Numbered from the stretch's first letter, positions 23,239 to 35,531 are shown. The stretch: DNA of 64,000 bases from Anolis carolinensis (GCF_035594765.1 NC_085842.1:160407036-160471035); one strand, 5' to 3'. The notes: generated by a model from the letters alone, not told the origin. Translations and numbers: made by a program.

Positions 23239-24057
23239 CTGCAAAATGAAGAAAACAACCTGAGAGCTGTGCAGTATATTCTGAAGATTTACTATGCAGA
23301 GAGTTGGCAGCATTCAATAAGCCATGTTTCTGGAGAATCTTGGTTAACTACTTGCCTCTACACAGTAGATACAGCTAAACTAATCAGATATTGACTACAG
23401 TAGACTCTCAGCTGGAACTCAAGCAACGAGCAAAATAAAATCAAAATAATGCATATTACATGTACAATGCTGGTTTTATAATACAATAAAACGGTGGTTA
23501 GATATACAAAGCCATATAAGGTCGATGTAGATTCATATAATGCTGATCAATTGAGCTGAACTGCATTGCATGGGTTTACACACTGACCACATAATGCAGT
23601 TCTAAACTATATAGCAGTGTAGATCCAGCTTGTGTTACTTTGTCTTGGTTTGCTTGCAGTTACCAAATTTCAATATGAATATCAAGTCAATGCAGAGTTT
23701 ATGGCATAATTTGGGATATAGGACTGTATTAGTTGGACCTATTTTTAATCATAACTCTCAAGCAACCAGAAACTACATTTGTGCAGCATCTACCAGTCCT
23801 CATGAGTGCCAGTTAACTGAGAGTCTACTGTATTTATCAGGTCATATCGACTGAAACACTTGTTTTGATGCATGTATGCCAGGAGCATTAACCAGAGTTT
23901 TTGTTTAGTATTAGGGACAGATGAGTTATTAGCAGCCACATTTCAAATAATATAATAAGCATTCCATATTTGTTTAGTTTAGTATATACTTCTAAGACTA
24001 AATCAGACATGACCAAGTGTTGCACAATAACAAATGCTTTTTTAAGCCAACCAAGAT

Positions 24058-24192
24058 TGTGTTGTCGAAGGCTTTCATGGCCAGAATCACAGGGTTGTTG
24101 TATGTCTTTCGGGCTGTGTGGCCATGTTCCAGAAGCATTCTCTCCTGACGTTTCGCCCACATCTATGGCAGGCATCCTCAGAGGTTGTGAGG
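24058..24192 (-). mobile_element. Penelope-like pLTR fragment containing a hammerhead motif
   Basis: ..GGCCATGAAAGCCTTCGACAACACA terminus shared with other copies. Confidence 0.8.
24144..24184 (-). ncRNA. Minimal type-I hammerhead ribozyme motif (Penelope type)
   Basis: CCU-CUGAGGA-U-GCCUGC(cauagau)GUGGGC-GAAA-CG-UC-AGG: intact core, 6-bp stem II, palindromic ACGU stem III, 3-bp stem I. Confidence 0.75.
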
Positions 24193-24593
24193 TATGGAGG
24201 TATGGAGGTACCAACCAAGATTCTCCAAAACTCTGGCTTCCCATTAGTGTGTGAGTATAATCACGGTGATATAATGCGTTATCATTCTCATGATTCATAA
24301 AGCATTAAGAGAAAATTACAGAGGAATCCAGAAAGCCCTTTATTGGTAATCTTGTAGGTATCATACATAAATCTTATTAAAAACATTTGTATAATTCTCA
24401 ATTGGAATTTTACCACCTATCTCAAATATATATTTTACATATTAAATTATGGGATTTTTAATTTTCATTTATCTTCCCTCAATTTCTTGTTTGCTTTGAT
24501 GCCACTATGACTTGTTACTGGATAATACAGTTCTAGGAAATAAGATAAAATTATTTAGCTATTTGTTTTGAAATAAATCTGTCTTCACTTTAC

Positions 24594-24736
24594 CTGGCAG
24601 CTATCAACATGTCCACTTTCAGAACCAGCACAAATATTATTTTTTGATACAGATCCCATATACCAACCTAAACTATTACAGATTTCTAGTGGAATAAGTT
24701 TCACTTGAGCTTCTCGTAATATATAAGAGGCAGAAC
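24594..24736 (-). CDS. TMPRSS12: TMPRSS12-like copy B, exon 4 (S1 Asp, VDSCQ)
   Basis: 143 bp, AG/GT, phase 1/0; ILREAQVKLIP..CN..ICAG..VDSCQ. Confidence 0.92.
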
Positions 24737-24856
24737 CTGTAAGAAAAATACAAAATGTGGCTGTAAATATGCTTCCATATAAAAATATGCCATTTTTCAT
24801 GAATCTATATTACTTGTACTGCTTGGTCCAATATAACTCTCCAGTGTAGATCAAAC

Positions 24857-25085
24857 TATAGGAAAGAAGATTCCACCTGAACATTAGGAAGAACTTCCCC
24901 AGGGTGAGAGCTGTTCTGCAGTGGAACTCTGCCCTGAAGTGTGGTGGAGGCTCCTTCTTTGGAGGAATTTAAACAGAGGCTGAATGGCCATCTATCAGGG
25001 GTGCTTTGAATGTGATTTTCCTGCTTCTTGGCAGAATGGGGTTGGGCTGGATGGCCTACGAGGTCTCTTCCAATCTGTGATTCTA
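24857..25085 (+). mobile_element. CR1 LINE 3' end
   Basis: Homologous to the other CR1 3' ends in the window. Confidence 0.8.
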
Positions 25086-25723
25086 AGTCTTAATACATCA
25101 GGAGGATAACCTTCTATATGTATTTCAGAATACAGACATGCATCTGACAAGCCCAACCCCTCTTTTCTGCCTTGCCCTGTCTAGCTGGAAGATTTTAATA
25201 CCATTGGCATTGTGGTGGGGTCAATGAAGGCAAGCAGGATACAAGATTTTCACTATGAGGTATAGCAGTGTGTCTGCAATAAACAATGCAATACAATTTA
25301 AGATTGGGAATAACAGAATTACATTCTAACTGATCCTCATGTATCTGTATCTGTTTGAATACAATATGGGAATTTTAAAAGGTTTATCCCAAATGACACT
25401 CAGAATTCACTACTTAACAAAGCTAATGAGGGAAAATCATTATAGCCATATGACTTAGATCCTTAGATATATAAATATACATTTAAAAATATAAAGTATA
25501 AGTAAAAAAACAGGAGTATTGTCAGGTACCTTCAGAAGAAAACCATGTGTGTCTGCAACTCCCTGCTAAATGTGTACTCATGGACAGATTTGAGTTTTTC
25601 TGTGTATAATGTGTGGAAGAACTCTAGATAATACATTCACTAAATATAATTGTTCTGATCTTACTGGGTTTATTAGTTAATAATAGTTCTCAGCAAGGTT
25701 AAATAGCAAAATAAACGACTTAC

Positions 25724-25989
25724 CATTCTCCTTTTTCAATCCCCATCCACTTATGTAACAGGGAATCTCATCAGTCAAGGGACGAGAAGAGTTAAATAAG
25801 CAGATGGGCTGAACATACTCATTGTATTTGATGGACTTTTTTAGTTTAAACAAAGCAATGTCATTCTCATAGGTTTTTTTGTTGAAGTCATCATGTATCC
25901 AGATAAACTCAACCTGTCTGTATATAGTATAATTTGTCTGCATATAAAGTTGATGGAGACCAAATACAGCCCTCCACTTTCCTGGATCC
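25724..25989 (-). CDS. TMPRSS12: TMPRSS12-like copy B, exon 3
   Basis: 266 bp, AG/GT; DPGKWRAVFGLHQLY..YENDIALFKL..CYISGWG. Confidence 0.92.
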
Positions 25990-26432
25990 CTAGGGCAGAA
26001 AAAAAATCCTGTGAAGAATCAAAGATTCTAAGAAGTAAAAACCAACACAACAAAGAAAGCATTTGTTTCTAGAGAGACTTAATAACCCATCAAATATATT
26101 GCAGAACATCTACTCATAATGCTCATGGTAGTGCAATAAGTTATGAGCAACCATGAAGGTTGCAAACAATTTGGGAGGGATGTGTATAAAAAAACCCTCA
26201 CACCTTTTAATATTCCCTATTCCTAAAACAACTCTTGGTTTAAAGTATCTCACTCTGGAGCAAGTTTCTAGAAACTACTATTCCCAAAATGATTGACTCG
26301 CATAACTCATGAAAGGAATGTGCCCACAACATAGAAATGAAGATGGATAAACAGAGAACATGGTTTATCATCATGTGGATAGAAAGGTTGGGCTATTTGA
26401 CTTTTGAGTCACAAAATGTCTACAGTCTATAT

Positions 26433-27150
26433 CAGGGGTCCTCAAACTTTTTAAGCCGAGGGCCGGTCCACAATCCTTCTGACTGTTGAGAGGCCGGATT
26501 ATCATTTGAAAAAAAATACAAACAAATTCCGATGCACACTACATATGTCTTATTTGTAGTGCAAAAACAACAACAACAGCAACGAAAGAACAATACAATA
26601 TTTAAAAATAAAAACAATTTTAACCAACAAACATTTATCAGGATTTCAATGGGAAGTGTGGTCCTGCTTCTGGCCAATGAGATAGTCAAGTTAATTAGGG
26701 TTGTTGTTGTTGTTGTTGTGTGCCTTCAAGTCATTTCAGACTTTGGGTGAGCCTAAGTCTAAAATTTATTATTTATTTATTTACTGCATTTATTTACTAC
26801 ATTTGTATCACACCCTTCTCACCCTAAAGGGGACTCAGAATGGCTTACAAATTATATGTACATACAATATATTATATTATTAGCATAGCACAATATTAGC
26901 ATTATATATTACTATATTGAACTATACCACTATACTGTAATATTATTAGCAATATTATATGTAATATAGAATATATAATCAATATTATTATATGGTATTA
27001 TTATTAGAGTTATATTGTATTACATTATAATATTATTATCAATATTATATGCATATACAATATATGATATTATAAAACTGAGGGCGGGGGCCAGGTAAAT
27101 GACCTCGGAGGGCCGCATCCGGCCCCCGGGCCTTAGTTTGGGGACCCCTG
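26433..27150. mobile_element. hAT non-autonomous element (same family as 19917-21439)
   Basis: Same TIRs; perfect TSD GTCTATAT (26425-26432, 27151-27158). Confidence 0.9.
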
Positions 27151-27330
27151 GTCTATATGATCAGATGGGAATGGGGCTTTTATTCTTTTTGCAGCAGTTC
27201 CTAGAATTGACTTCATTTCTGGAAGTGAAAAGTGGCAGGTAAGGAATAATGCCTTTTGCACCAAAGCAATGCCTTTGCAAGTTCAGAAAATATTTTATCA
27301 CATGAGGCAAGGGATGGAAAAGTTACGTAC

Positions 27331-27532
27331 AAGCTCTTTAATGTGCAGTGTGCAGCTGACAGCACATAGTCCTTATTGATTAAAGTTCCACCACAGAGGT
27401 GAAGATATCCTACACCCTTTTGGTAAATCTGAATGCTAACTTGCCATGGCCATGCGCCGGCCTGAGCACTGCGACCACCGATAATACGCATGCCTGTTGC
27501 CATGTCATTCTCTACCATCCTTCTTCCGCATT
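27331..27532 (-). CDS. TMPRSS12: TMPRSS12-like copy B, exon 2
   Basis: 202 bp, AG/GT; [28 protein letters not shown]. Confidence 0.92.
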
Positions 27533-28244
27533 CTAGGAGAAAAAAAGTGAAATGCAAGCTTTGCACATTTTAAAATCATCATCATAATAATGGGGTATCA
27601 CTTGTAGTAGAGTATGATTGTCTTCCAAGTGTAGTCGTCTTAGCGGTGAGTCTGCAAATGACTGTAGAGACCTTTTTAAATACAGAGCTCCTGAAATGAC
27701 ATTGAGACATTTCCTAATCTTAGGACTTAGCTTCTTTTCAAGCATGGAGGAGTTGAAAAGAGGTAGAAATGTCCTGAAAGGAGGGAACTCTGAACACAGG
27801 CCAGCAATTGTGTTCAGAGCTCCTACCACTTATGGCACATTACTCCCATCTATACAACCAAAAAGGTCAGATGGGAACCACCAAGTTTCCCATCCTGTTT
27901 CTTTGCCAAACCAGCAGTAGTCTCTTGTATCCTATTGGGTTTGATGCAGAACCATATGATCCCATGGAAATAAGTGTTTTAATCTGGATCACTGTCTCTT
28001 GTGTCCTATGGGGCTTGATGCAGAACTTCCCATGGGAAGAAATAGTTTAACCTGGATTGCTGGATGGATGTAAAAGGTCAATGTATTGCCAGCTCTTAAG
28101 TTTCCACTTGTGAGTCATTCACTGTAAACTGTGCAATTCCATTCAAGCCTACTCAGAAATAACCCCAATTAGTTTAAATAGGACTTCCAATGTGCATCTG
28201 ATTGAAAGTTAAACATAATAATGCCTTAAATATGTCAGTTACAG

Positions 28245-28465
28245 TGCTGGCTGGACTGCTGACCTGAAGGTTGCAGGCACGAATCTACGAGATGGGTTGA
28301 GCTCCCATCTGTCAGCTCTAGCTTGCAGGGACATGAGAGTAGCCTCCCATGAGGATGGTAACACATCCGGGAGTCCCCTGGGCAACATCTTTGTAGATAG
28401 CTAATTCTCTCACACCAGAAGAGACTTGCAGTATGTTCTCAAATTGCTTCAGACAAGATAAAAAA
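28245..28465 (+). mobile_element. Older Vingi-tailed SINE copy
   Basis: Diverged match to the 62072 copy. Confidence 0.65.
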
Positions 28466-29079
28466 GGCGGAGGGGGGGGGAATGGTAAGTACGACTATGC
28501 ACTGAGAATGCTCTATAAAGGGCATCATCATACTTCCAGGGAGATAAACTAAAGAGCAGCTTGGGCCACATCTAGATTGTAGAACTGGTAGTTTAATTCC
28601 AGTTTAGCTGTCAGGGCTCGATGCTAGGAATCCTGGGGTTTGTAGTTTGGCAAGGCTGTTTGGTAGAGAGGAGATGAAAGGCCTTGTGAAACTACAACTC
28701 TCAGGATTTCCATTGCTCTGAATTGCGTCATTTAAAGGAGTGTCAGGCTGCATTAATTCTATTGGGCAGGTGAACCCATTAACAGAAGGGTTCCCAAGTT
28801 CTGGACCTCGTTTTAGACTCCAACTCCCAGAAGCCTTGGCCAGCTTGTCCAATGGACACGGATTCTGGGAGCTGAAGTTCAAAAACCAGGTGGACTACAG
28901 TTGGGGCACCAGTCTTCTAGGGTTAAACATGTAAGAGGGCAAGGTACTGATCTCAGTATGAGGGATTTCCAGGCAAGTCCTATTTATTTATTATTTATTT
29001 CCATCATTTATATGCCGCCCTTCTCACCCGAAGGGACTCAGGGCGGCTCACAATACAGTAGTCCTACTCTGTCCTACTC

Positions 29080-29746
29080 TGTGTTGTCGAAGGCTTTCAT
29101 GGCCGAAATCACTGGATTGCTGTGAGTTTTCTGGGCTGTATGGCCATGTTTCAAAAGCATTCTCTCATGATGTTTTGCCTGCATCTATGGGAGGCATCCT
29201 CAGAGGCTGTGAGGTCTGCTGGAAACTAGGCAAGTGGGGTTTATATATCTGTGGAATGTCCAGGCAAGAAGCTGCAAGGTCATTCAATGTCGATCAAGGT
29301 GGCCAGTTACAACATTCACACTTGCCTCAAACAGATAAAGAGTTCTTTCTCCCACCCCGGACATTCCAAAGATAATATATAAACCTCACATGCCAGATTT
29401 TGTTCGTTTTCGTGGTTGAAATTGTCCACATGGTTGTGGATTTCAATGGCTTCTCTGTGTGGTATGACATGGTGGTTGTTAGAGTGGTCCAGCATTTCTG
29501 TGTTCTCAAATAATATTCTGTGTCCAGGTTGGTTCACCAGCTAATCACCTCCCGACAAAGGATTCTCCCAGGCAAGAGTTCTTTTCCCCACCCTGGACAT
29601 CATTCCACAGATATATAAACCCCACTTGCCTAGTTTCCAACAGACCTCTCAACCTCTGAGGATCCCTGCCATAGATGCGGGCGAAATGTCTGGAGAGAAT
29701 GCTTCTAGAACATGGCCATACAGCCCAGAAAATTCACAGCAACCCA
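29080..29746. mobile_element. Penelope-like element pieces in inverted arrangement, including the GIY-YIG endonuclease tail
   Basis: NQPGHRILFENTEMLDHSNNHHVIPHREAIEIHNHVDNFN on minus; pLTR segments in both orientations with degenerate hammerheads. Confidence 0.8.
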
Positions 29747-29990
29747 AGTCCTTTTCTTCTAACCACCACCTCTGACGACATCTTGACCCCTGAAATCTCA
29801 ACACGGTCGCCCACTCCGCTCCTGGTGGCGGACGGGATTAGTCTTGTCTCTCTCCGCACCCGCCCTCCCCAAAGTGGAGAGTGCGCAGGCGCGGCTTGGC
29901 GGTGAAAGCGGCAAACAGGCCAAAAACCCGCGTGCCTTTGGCGCCGTCCTCCAGCGCGAGGACGGGGGCCTGGGGGCGGGGCTCCCTCAC

Positions 29991-30081
29991 CCTTTGAGGG
30001 CTTTTCTGTGGAAAGGAGGGCGGGCGGGGCTTCCGCCAGTAGCGTCATCAGCGCCAGGAGGGAGCAGCTCCGCCCCGGCAT
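29991..30081 (-). CDS. TMPRSS12: TMPRSS12-like copy B, exon 1 (signal peptide; alternative in-frame ATG at 30102)
   Basis: MPGRSCSLLALMTLLAEA; GTGAGG donor; 91 bp, phase 1 fits exon 2. Confidence 0.8.
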
Positions 30082-30222
30082 CCTTCCCCCGCCGAACAAC
30101 ATGGCGGCCGAGCCAGGCCCGCCCCGAAGAACGGCCGGATAGCGGCTTGCGAGCCGGGCGGAACGGAGAAGGCTTCCATGCCGGGAACGCCTGGCTTGGC
30201 CTTTCTAGCGTGGCTTCCAAGT

Positions 30223-30303
30223 GCCTCCAGCACCTGGGTCTCTTGGGCGGTCTCCCATCCAGGCCCAAACCAGGGCTGACCCGGCTTAGCTTCCAAGATC
30301 AGG
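30223..30303 (-). pseudogene. 5S rRNA-derived fragment (5S pseudogene or 5S-SINE head)
   Basis: Minus strand reads CTGATCTTGGAAGCTAAGCCGGGTCAGCCCTGGTTTGGGCCTGGATGGGAGACCGCCCAAGAGACCCAGGTGCTG, colinear with the 3' two-thirds of vertebrate 5S rRNA (box A, intermediate element, box C). Confidence 0.8.
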
Positions 30304-30569
30304 ATGACGAAGAGCGCCAAGGGGACGGAAGAAGCAGAGCTCTGCGAGGAGGGAGGCCTTGCTCGCTGGGAAAAGAGGCACAGGCCACCTCCGTCAGTTC
30401 CTATCTATCTCGTTTAGAAGGGAGATGATTATTGTTCTTTGATGTCCAAATACAGTTTCGATCCAGAGCTTTAGAACCCGTGCCTCTGAGATTAGGAAAC
30501 TTTTAACATGGCTCCCAGACTTTATATTTCAATAATGATTTTTTTTTTTGCTTCAACTTTAAACGATGC

Positions 30570-31563
30570 TCACAACTTTTGAGGATGCCTGCCACAGATG
30601 TAGGTGAAACGTCAGGAGAGAAAGCTTCTGGAACATGGCCATACAGCCCGAAAGACTCACAGCAACCCAGTTTAAACAATGCTGTGACTAATAATAACAA
30701 CAACTAAGGTAAAGGTTTTCCCCTGACATTAAGTCTATTTGTGTCCGACTCCAGGGTTGGTACTCATCTCAATTTCTAAGACAAAGAGCCAGCGTTGTCC
30801 GTAGACATCTCCAAGGTCATATGGCAGGCATGACTATGGAGCGCCGTTAAATAATAACTATTCTTATATCTCGCCCCATCTCCCCAGGTACTTACATGGA
30901 GGCTTACATGGGGACCAAGCCCAGTAATGCAATAATAGAATGCAACAACATGCCATAAAGTGTAATAAACTGAGTATTAGAATGGGTCATAGTAACAAAG
31001 TGTTGTTGAATGCTTTCATGGCCAGAATCACTGGGTTGCTGTGTGTTTTCCGGGCTGTATGGCCATGTTCCAGAAGCATTCTCTCCTGACTTTTCACCCA
31101 CATCTATGGTAGGCATCCTCAGAGCTTGTGAGGTCTGCTGAAAACTAAGCAAGAGGGTTGTTGTGAATTTTCTGGGCATGATTCCAGCCATGAAAGCCTT
31201 CAACAACACATTAAGTAAGAGGAGTTTATATATTATCTGTGGAATGTCTAGGGTGGGAGAAAGAACTCTTGTCTGTTTGAGGCAGGTGTGAATGTTTCAA
31301 TTGGCTACATTGATTAGGATTGTGTAGCCTTTCAGCTTCAAGGTCTGGCTGCTTACTGCCTGACATTGAAAATGAACAAAATCTGGTTACCAGTATTAAA
31401 AACCTCTAGAATCAGGAAAGTAAATAGAGAACAATACTCAAAAATAGGGGAATTTCCGACACGAATCAATCAGGGTCAGCTAACACCTCCCAACAAAAGA
31501 TTTTCCCAGGCAGTAAGCAGCCAGACCTTGAAGCTGAAAGGCTAATCAAGGTGACCAATTGAA
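30570..31563. mobile_element. Cluster of Penelope pLTR fragments with a Sauria SINE fragment (30705-30848)
   Basis: Recurrent GAACATGGCCATACAGCCCG and CAGCTAACACCTCCCAACAAA blocks in both orientations. Confidence 0.7.
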
Positions 31564-31567
31564 AGAT

Positions 31568-32031
31568 GTATTTATTTATTTATTTATTTATTTACAGTAT
31601 TTATATTCCGCCCTTCTCACTCAGGGGACTCAGGGCGGATTACAATGAAACATATATGGCAAACATTCAATGCCAACAGACAAACAACATAAATTAGACA
31701 GACTCAGAGGCATTTTTAACATTTTTCCAGCTTCACAATTCTGGCCACAGGGGGAGATGTTGCTTCACCGTCCAGTAGTGGCTGTACTTCCGCATTCCTT
31801 TCCTCGTGTTTTGCTGGCAGTTTTATGGTGTTGTAAATTAGCCTCCCGCATAAAGTGTCCCTAAATTTCCCTAATTGACAGGTGCAACTGTCTATTGGGG
31901 CTGCATAGGTCAACAGCAAGCCGGGGCTATTAATGGTCGGAGGCTTAACCCGACCCGGGCTTCGAACTCATGACCTCTCGGTCAGTAGTGATTTATAGCA
32001 GCTGGTTACTAGCCAGCTGCGCCACAGCCCG
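31568..32031 (-). mobile_element. tRNA-headed SINE with L2-type 3' tail
   Basis: A box TGGCGCAGCTGG, B box GAGTTCGAAGCC, tail CCGCCCTGAGTCCCC..GAAGGGCGGAATATAAAT(AAAT)n; deleted sibling at 58561-58792. Confidence 0.8.
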
Positions 32032-32379
32032 ACCTTTGTCCACTGGCTTACGAGGAGGAGGAAGAATGGATGGTAATACAGTACTACCGTTACACCTCTG
32101 ATAAATAGCTGTCATCCGTATCCGTCCTGTTTGCCCCACCAGCTCAATAGACATCTTGAGCAATGATCAATGTATGTGCCACCAAAGAACTGGGATATTG
32201 ATACTTCTGTTTGATGTTTTGATTCATGTCAGATATAACAGATTGTGTTTTTCATTTACTGTAATTTTAGTTAAGTCATAATTTGCTTTTATATGTTGGG
32301 TTGTCAATTTTCGTTATTATGGGTGTATTGTTATGTTCGGGCATTGAATGTTTGCCCTTTATGTTTGGAATCCGCCCTC

Positions 32380-32763
32380 AGTCCCTCCGGGGAGATAGGG
32401 TGGAATATAAATACAAATGATGATGATGATGATGAGTCCCTCCGGGGAGATAGTGTGGAATATAAATACAAATGATGATGATGATGATGAGTCCCTCTGG
32501 GGAGATAGTGTGGAATATAAATACAAATGATGATGATGATGATCAGTCCCTCTAGGGAGATAGTGTGGAATATAAATACAAATGATGATGATGATGATGA
32601 TGAGTCCCTCTGGGGAGATAGTGTGGAATATAAATACAAATGATGATGATGATGAGTCCCTCTGGGGAGATAGTGTGGAATATAAATACAAATGATGATG
32701 ATGATGATGAGTCCCTCTGGGGAGATAGTGTGGAATATAAATACAAATGATGATGATGATGAT
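32380..32763 (+). repeat. Minisatellite of 7 units (~55 bp), each an L2-type 3' stem-loop plus (GAT)n
   Basis: AGTCCCTCTGGGGAGATAGTGTGGAATATAAATACAAA(TGA)n starting near 32380, 32435, 32490, 32545, 32603, 32655 and 32710. Confidence 0.92.
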
Positions 32764-33799
32764 TATTAATGGCTGTTGAAACCAAAGAGATAGGTGTTGG
32801 TGACAGGATTAGCATGTAATACCATTGAGAGCCACTGGAGGTCCAAAGACAACAGCACCAGGGTCGTTTTTTAAAGGCTTAGCACTGAGAACCCTTCCAG
32901 ACAAGCCCTATATCCCAGGATCTGATCCCTGGTTTTCTGTTTATCCCAAATTATCTGGCAGTGTAGACTAATATAATCCAGTTTAAAGCAGAAAACCAGG
33001 GATCAAACCCTGGGATATAGGATCTGTCTGGAAGTGAATAAGGTCTAGAAAAGTTACACGTGAAGCTTTATTGGCCCAAAGTTAAGCGATGGAGACACTT
33101 GCAACAGTTTTGCAGCCTTGTCTTAGTCCACTTAGTACAAGCCTGTGACAAAGAAGCTTCTTTTTACAAAGTTCAAAATGTCCCATTCTGGCCTTCTACT
33201 GACATTATTTTTTCAACATTAGCCTTTCGCAGATACTGCATCAGGACTAGAGAAACAGACTTTCAGTGCCCATTTCAGAAAATTCTCTCAAGTGTTCTCT
33301 AGAAGATTCACGTTTTATTTAGTTGTGCAAGGCTTACCTGGCTTACTCGTGTCATTTCACATGTGTGAAATAGAAAGTTGGCTAAAACACATTGAATTGC
33401 CCTTTTTTTGTGGAGTAGCAACTTATCCTCCTTCTTTCCATGTTCTGCCTCTAGTGCCAAAGTTTCAGTTAAAGAAGTGAAACCAAGGAATACATTGACA
33501 TTGTTATGTGATATGTAATTCTACTGAGCCCTTAACTTTGGGGTGTGGATGGGATCCAAATGTTGCTGTTCTTGTTAAGTTGAATTTAATTAATGACAGC
33601 TATGAACGACAGACTTCCAGATCACTCTGTAATCAAGTGCCTGACTTATGTTTTGAAGACTGAGGAGCTCTTGCTTCCTTGATGGAATCTATTAATCTGA
33701 AATGCAATATTTCACCACTGCCTTTGACTTTAACAAGCATTATTGTCTTTTCTAGTGGGTCACGCCTTCTCATGGTATTTCCAAAATATGACATTCTGA

Positions 33800-33946
33800 G
33801 ACCCTATCTACACTGCCACATAAAATCCATATTATCTGCTTTGAAGTGGATTATATGACAGTGTAGACTCATAATCCAGTTCAAAGCTGATAATGTGGAT
33901 TATCTGATTTGATAATCTGGATTATAGGGCAGTGTAGAAGGGGCCT
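33800..33946. mobile_element. Palindromic PIF/Harbinger-type MITE (relatives near 13877, 15580, 32890, 40142)
   Basis: TIRs GACCCTATCTACACTGCC / GGCAGTGTAGAAGGGGCC; TGA/TCA flanks. Confidence 0.6.
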
Positions 33947-35531
33947 CAGTTTAGTAATTCTGACTATTAGGAAGTGTTTAGGTTTTTGCTCTATGACTCA
34001 CTTATTTGTCCTTTTTGCAGTCCATGGTACCTGCAGAATTCTCCAGCACCTAATTATTCTCTTCCTATCGTCTGTGGTCATTATTTTTTTAAATATTCAA
34101 CTATACACCTATCTTTGCACTTTTCCCCTTGACTTTCATCCATAAAGCAATTTGGCATATTGGCACAATTGTATCCAAATTGATCACAATCTGATACTTA
34201 TGTATCTGCTTAGAAACAGCTGATGAAAACAGCACCACCCTCCTGCAAGGGTCCTGTGGCCAAAGAAATCAATTATAGATTTTAACTTGCTTCACACAGT
34301 TTTTAAATTTAAAAACTTTACTACTGTTTAGGAAAAATTTAAAAATGTGTTTAATTTACTTTAAAAGCAGCAAGAGAAACATCATTTCTAAAATTAAACT
34401 TTCTACTACAGTGTTAATCCTGCAAATACTTTGGATGTACTTACGGTTCAAGCTGAATTAATTTCCTTCCACTTTCAAGATGTTTACTTTTTAAGTATAA
34501 AATTTGGAGAGAATTTCAAACATATTTGAATCCATATGTTTTATTTGCATATGTTTTTTATTTTATGAGCATGTATTTGAGTATGATTTCTTCAATATTG
34601 TAAAAAAAAAAAAAGCATAGCATTAGCATCTCCTGTGCATGTTGCTTGTTAAATTCAGAAATACATATTTAAGATAGGGCTGCTTTGAATTCTTACCTTA
34701 GGGGAGAAAAACGTGTTCTACAATAAATGATTTTCAGTGTATATTGTTTTAATACCAGTGGTGTCAAACTTGTGACCCTCCAGATGTTTTGGAGTTCAGC
34801 TCCCAGAATTCCTGGTTATTCAATAAGCCTGCTAGGGCTTATGGGAGTTAATCTAAAATATCTGGAAGGCTATAAGTTTGATACCTCTGCAAGTTTAGCC
34901 CATTTTGGAGAATGATAATTATCACTGCCAACACACATTTTGGTGTCTGAAATGTTAGTTCTGTTTCTGGGCATATTTGACCTGCTGATTCAAAAATGGC
35001 ACCGGTTTTCCCTTGTCAGCTGTTTGAGATGCAGAACATATGCCATATACCAGTTGCTATCTGTTTGCCCGTAATGAATCTTGATAAAAAATATCCAAGA
35101 AACTAGAGCTAATGTAGTCTAACCAATACCATTTTCTGAATCTGTGCCACAAATAACCCCAGAAACAGGCCTATAAACCAAGACACCAAGAATTTTTGTT
35201 GTGTGTTATATGTAGGGTTTATGGGTGAAAATTTGCAAGATAATGGCAAAGAATCTTCTGTGTTTACAATTTTTAAATTACAAGTTAAGTATCCAAATCT
35301 TTTGCAGTAATAAAATAACAGAAAATTGTTTATTGAAAATGACAAGTTGGATTAGAGCACATAGTTATTATTGAAATCAGTGGGACTCAAAGAAGCCATA
35401 ACTGACTTGGGATATCACTTTCAGTGGGAAACAATCCAATTTAATTACTTTTGTTAAGTATTTGCAAGCAGAAAAAAGCTTAAAAAATAATAAATGATGC
35501 CGCAAGTGCAACAAAAGGACATTCTGCTTCT

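Larger units (their letters stand above)
29800..30400 (-). promoter_or_regulatory. CpG-island promoter of TMPRSS12-like copy B
   Basis: CpG-rich; YY1-like AACATGGCGG (30098-30107); NRF1-like TGCGCAGGCGC (29882-29892); GC boxes. Confidence 0.65.

Noticed and set aside
30223-30303. Functional 5S rRNA gene
   Set aside because: The 5' third is missing, there are many substitutions, and there is no T-run terminator or tandem array.
29844-30428. 194-aa plus-strand ORF and similar ORFs at 15766, 7360 and 47377
   Set aside because: Stop-poor GC-rich CpG-island or TE sequence with no recognisable domain; the real exons are short subsets on minus.
32380-32763. Repeat-spacer appearance resembling a CRISPR array
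   Set aside because: The spacers are (GAT)n microsatellite, the repeat is a LINE tail, the context is eukaryotic and there are no cas genes.
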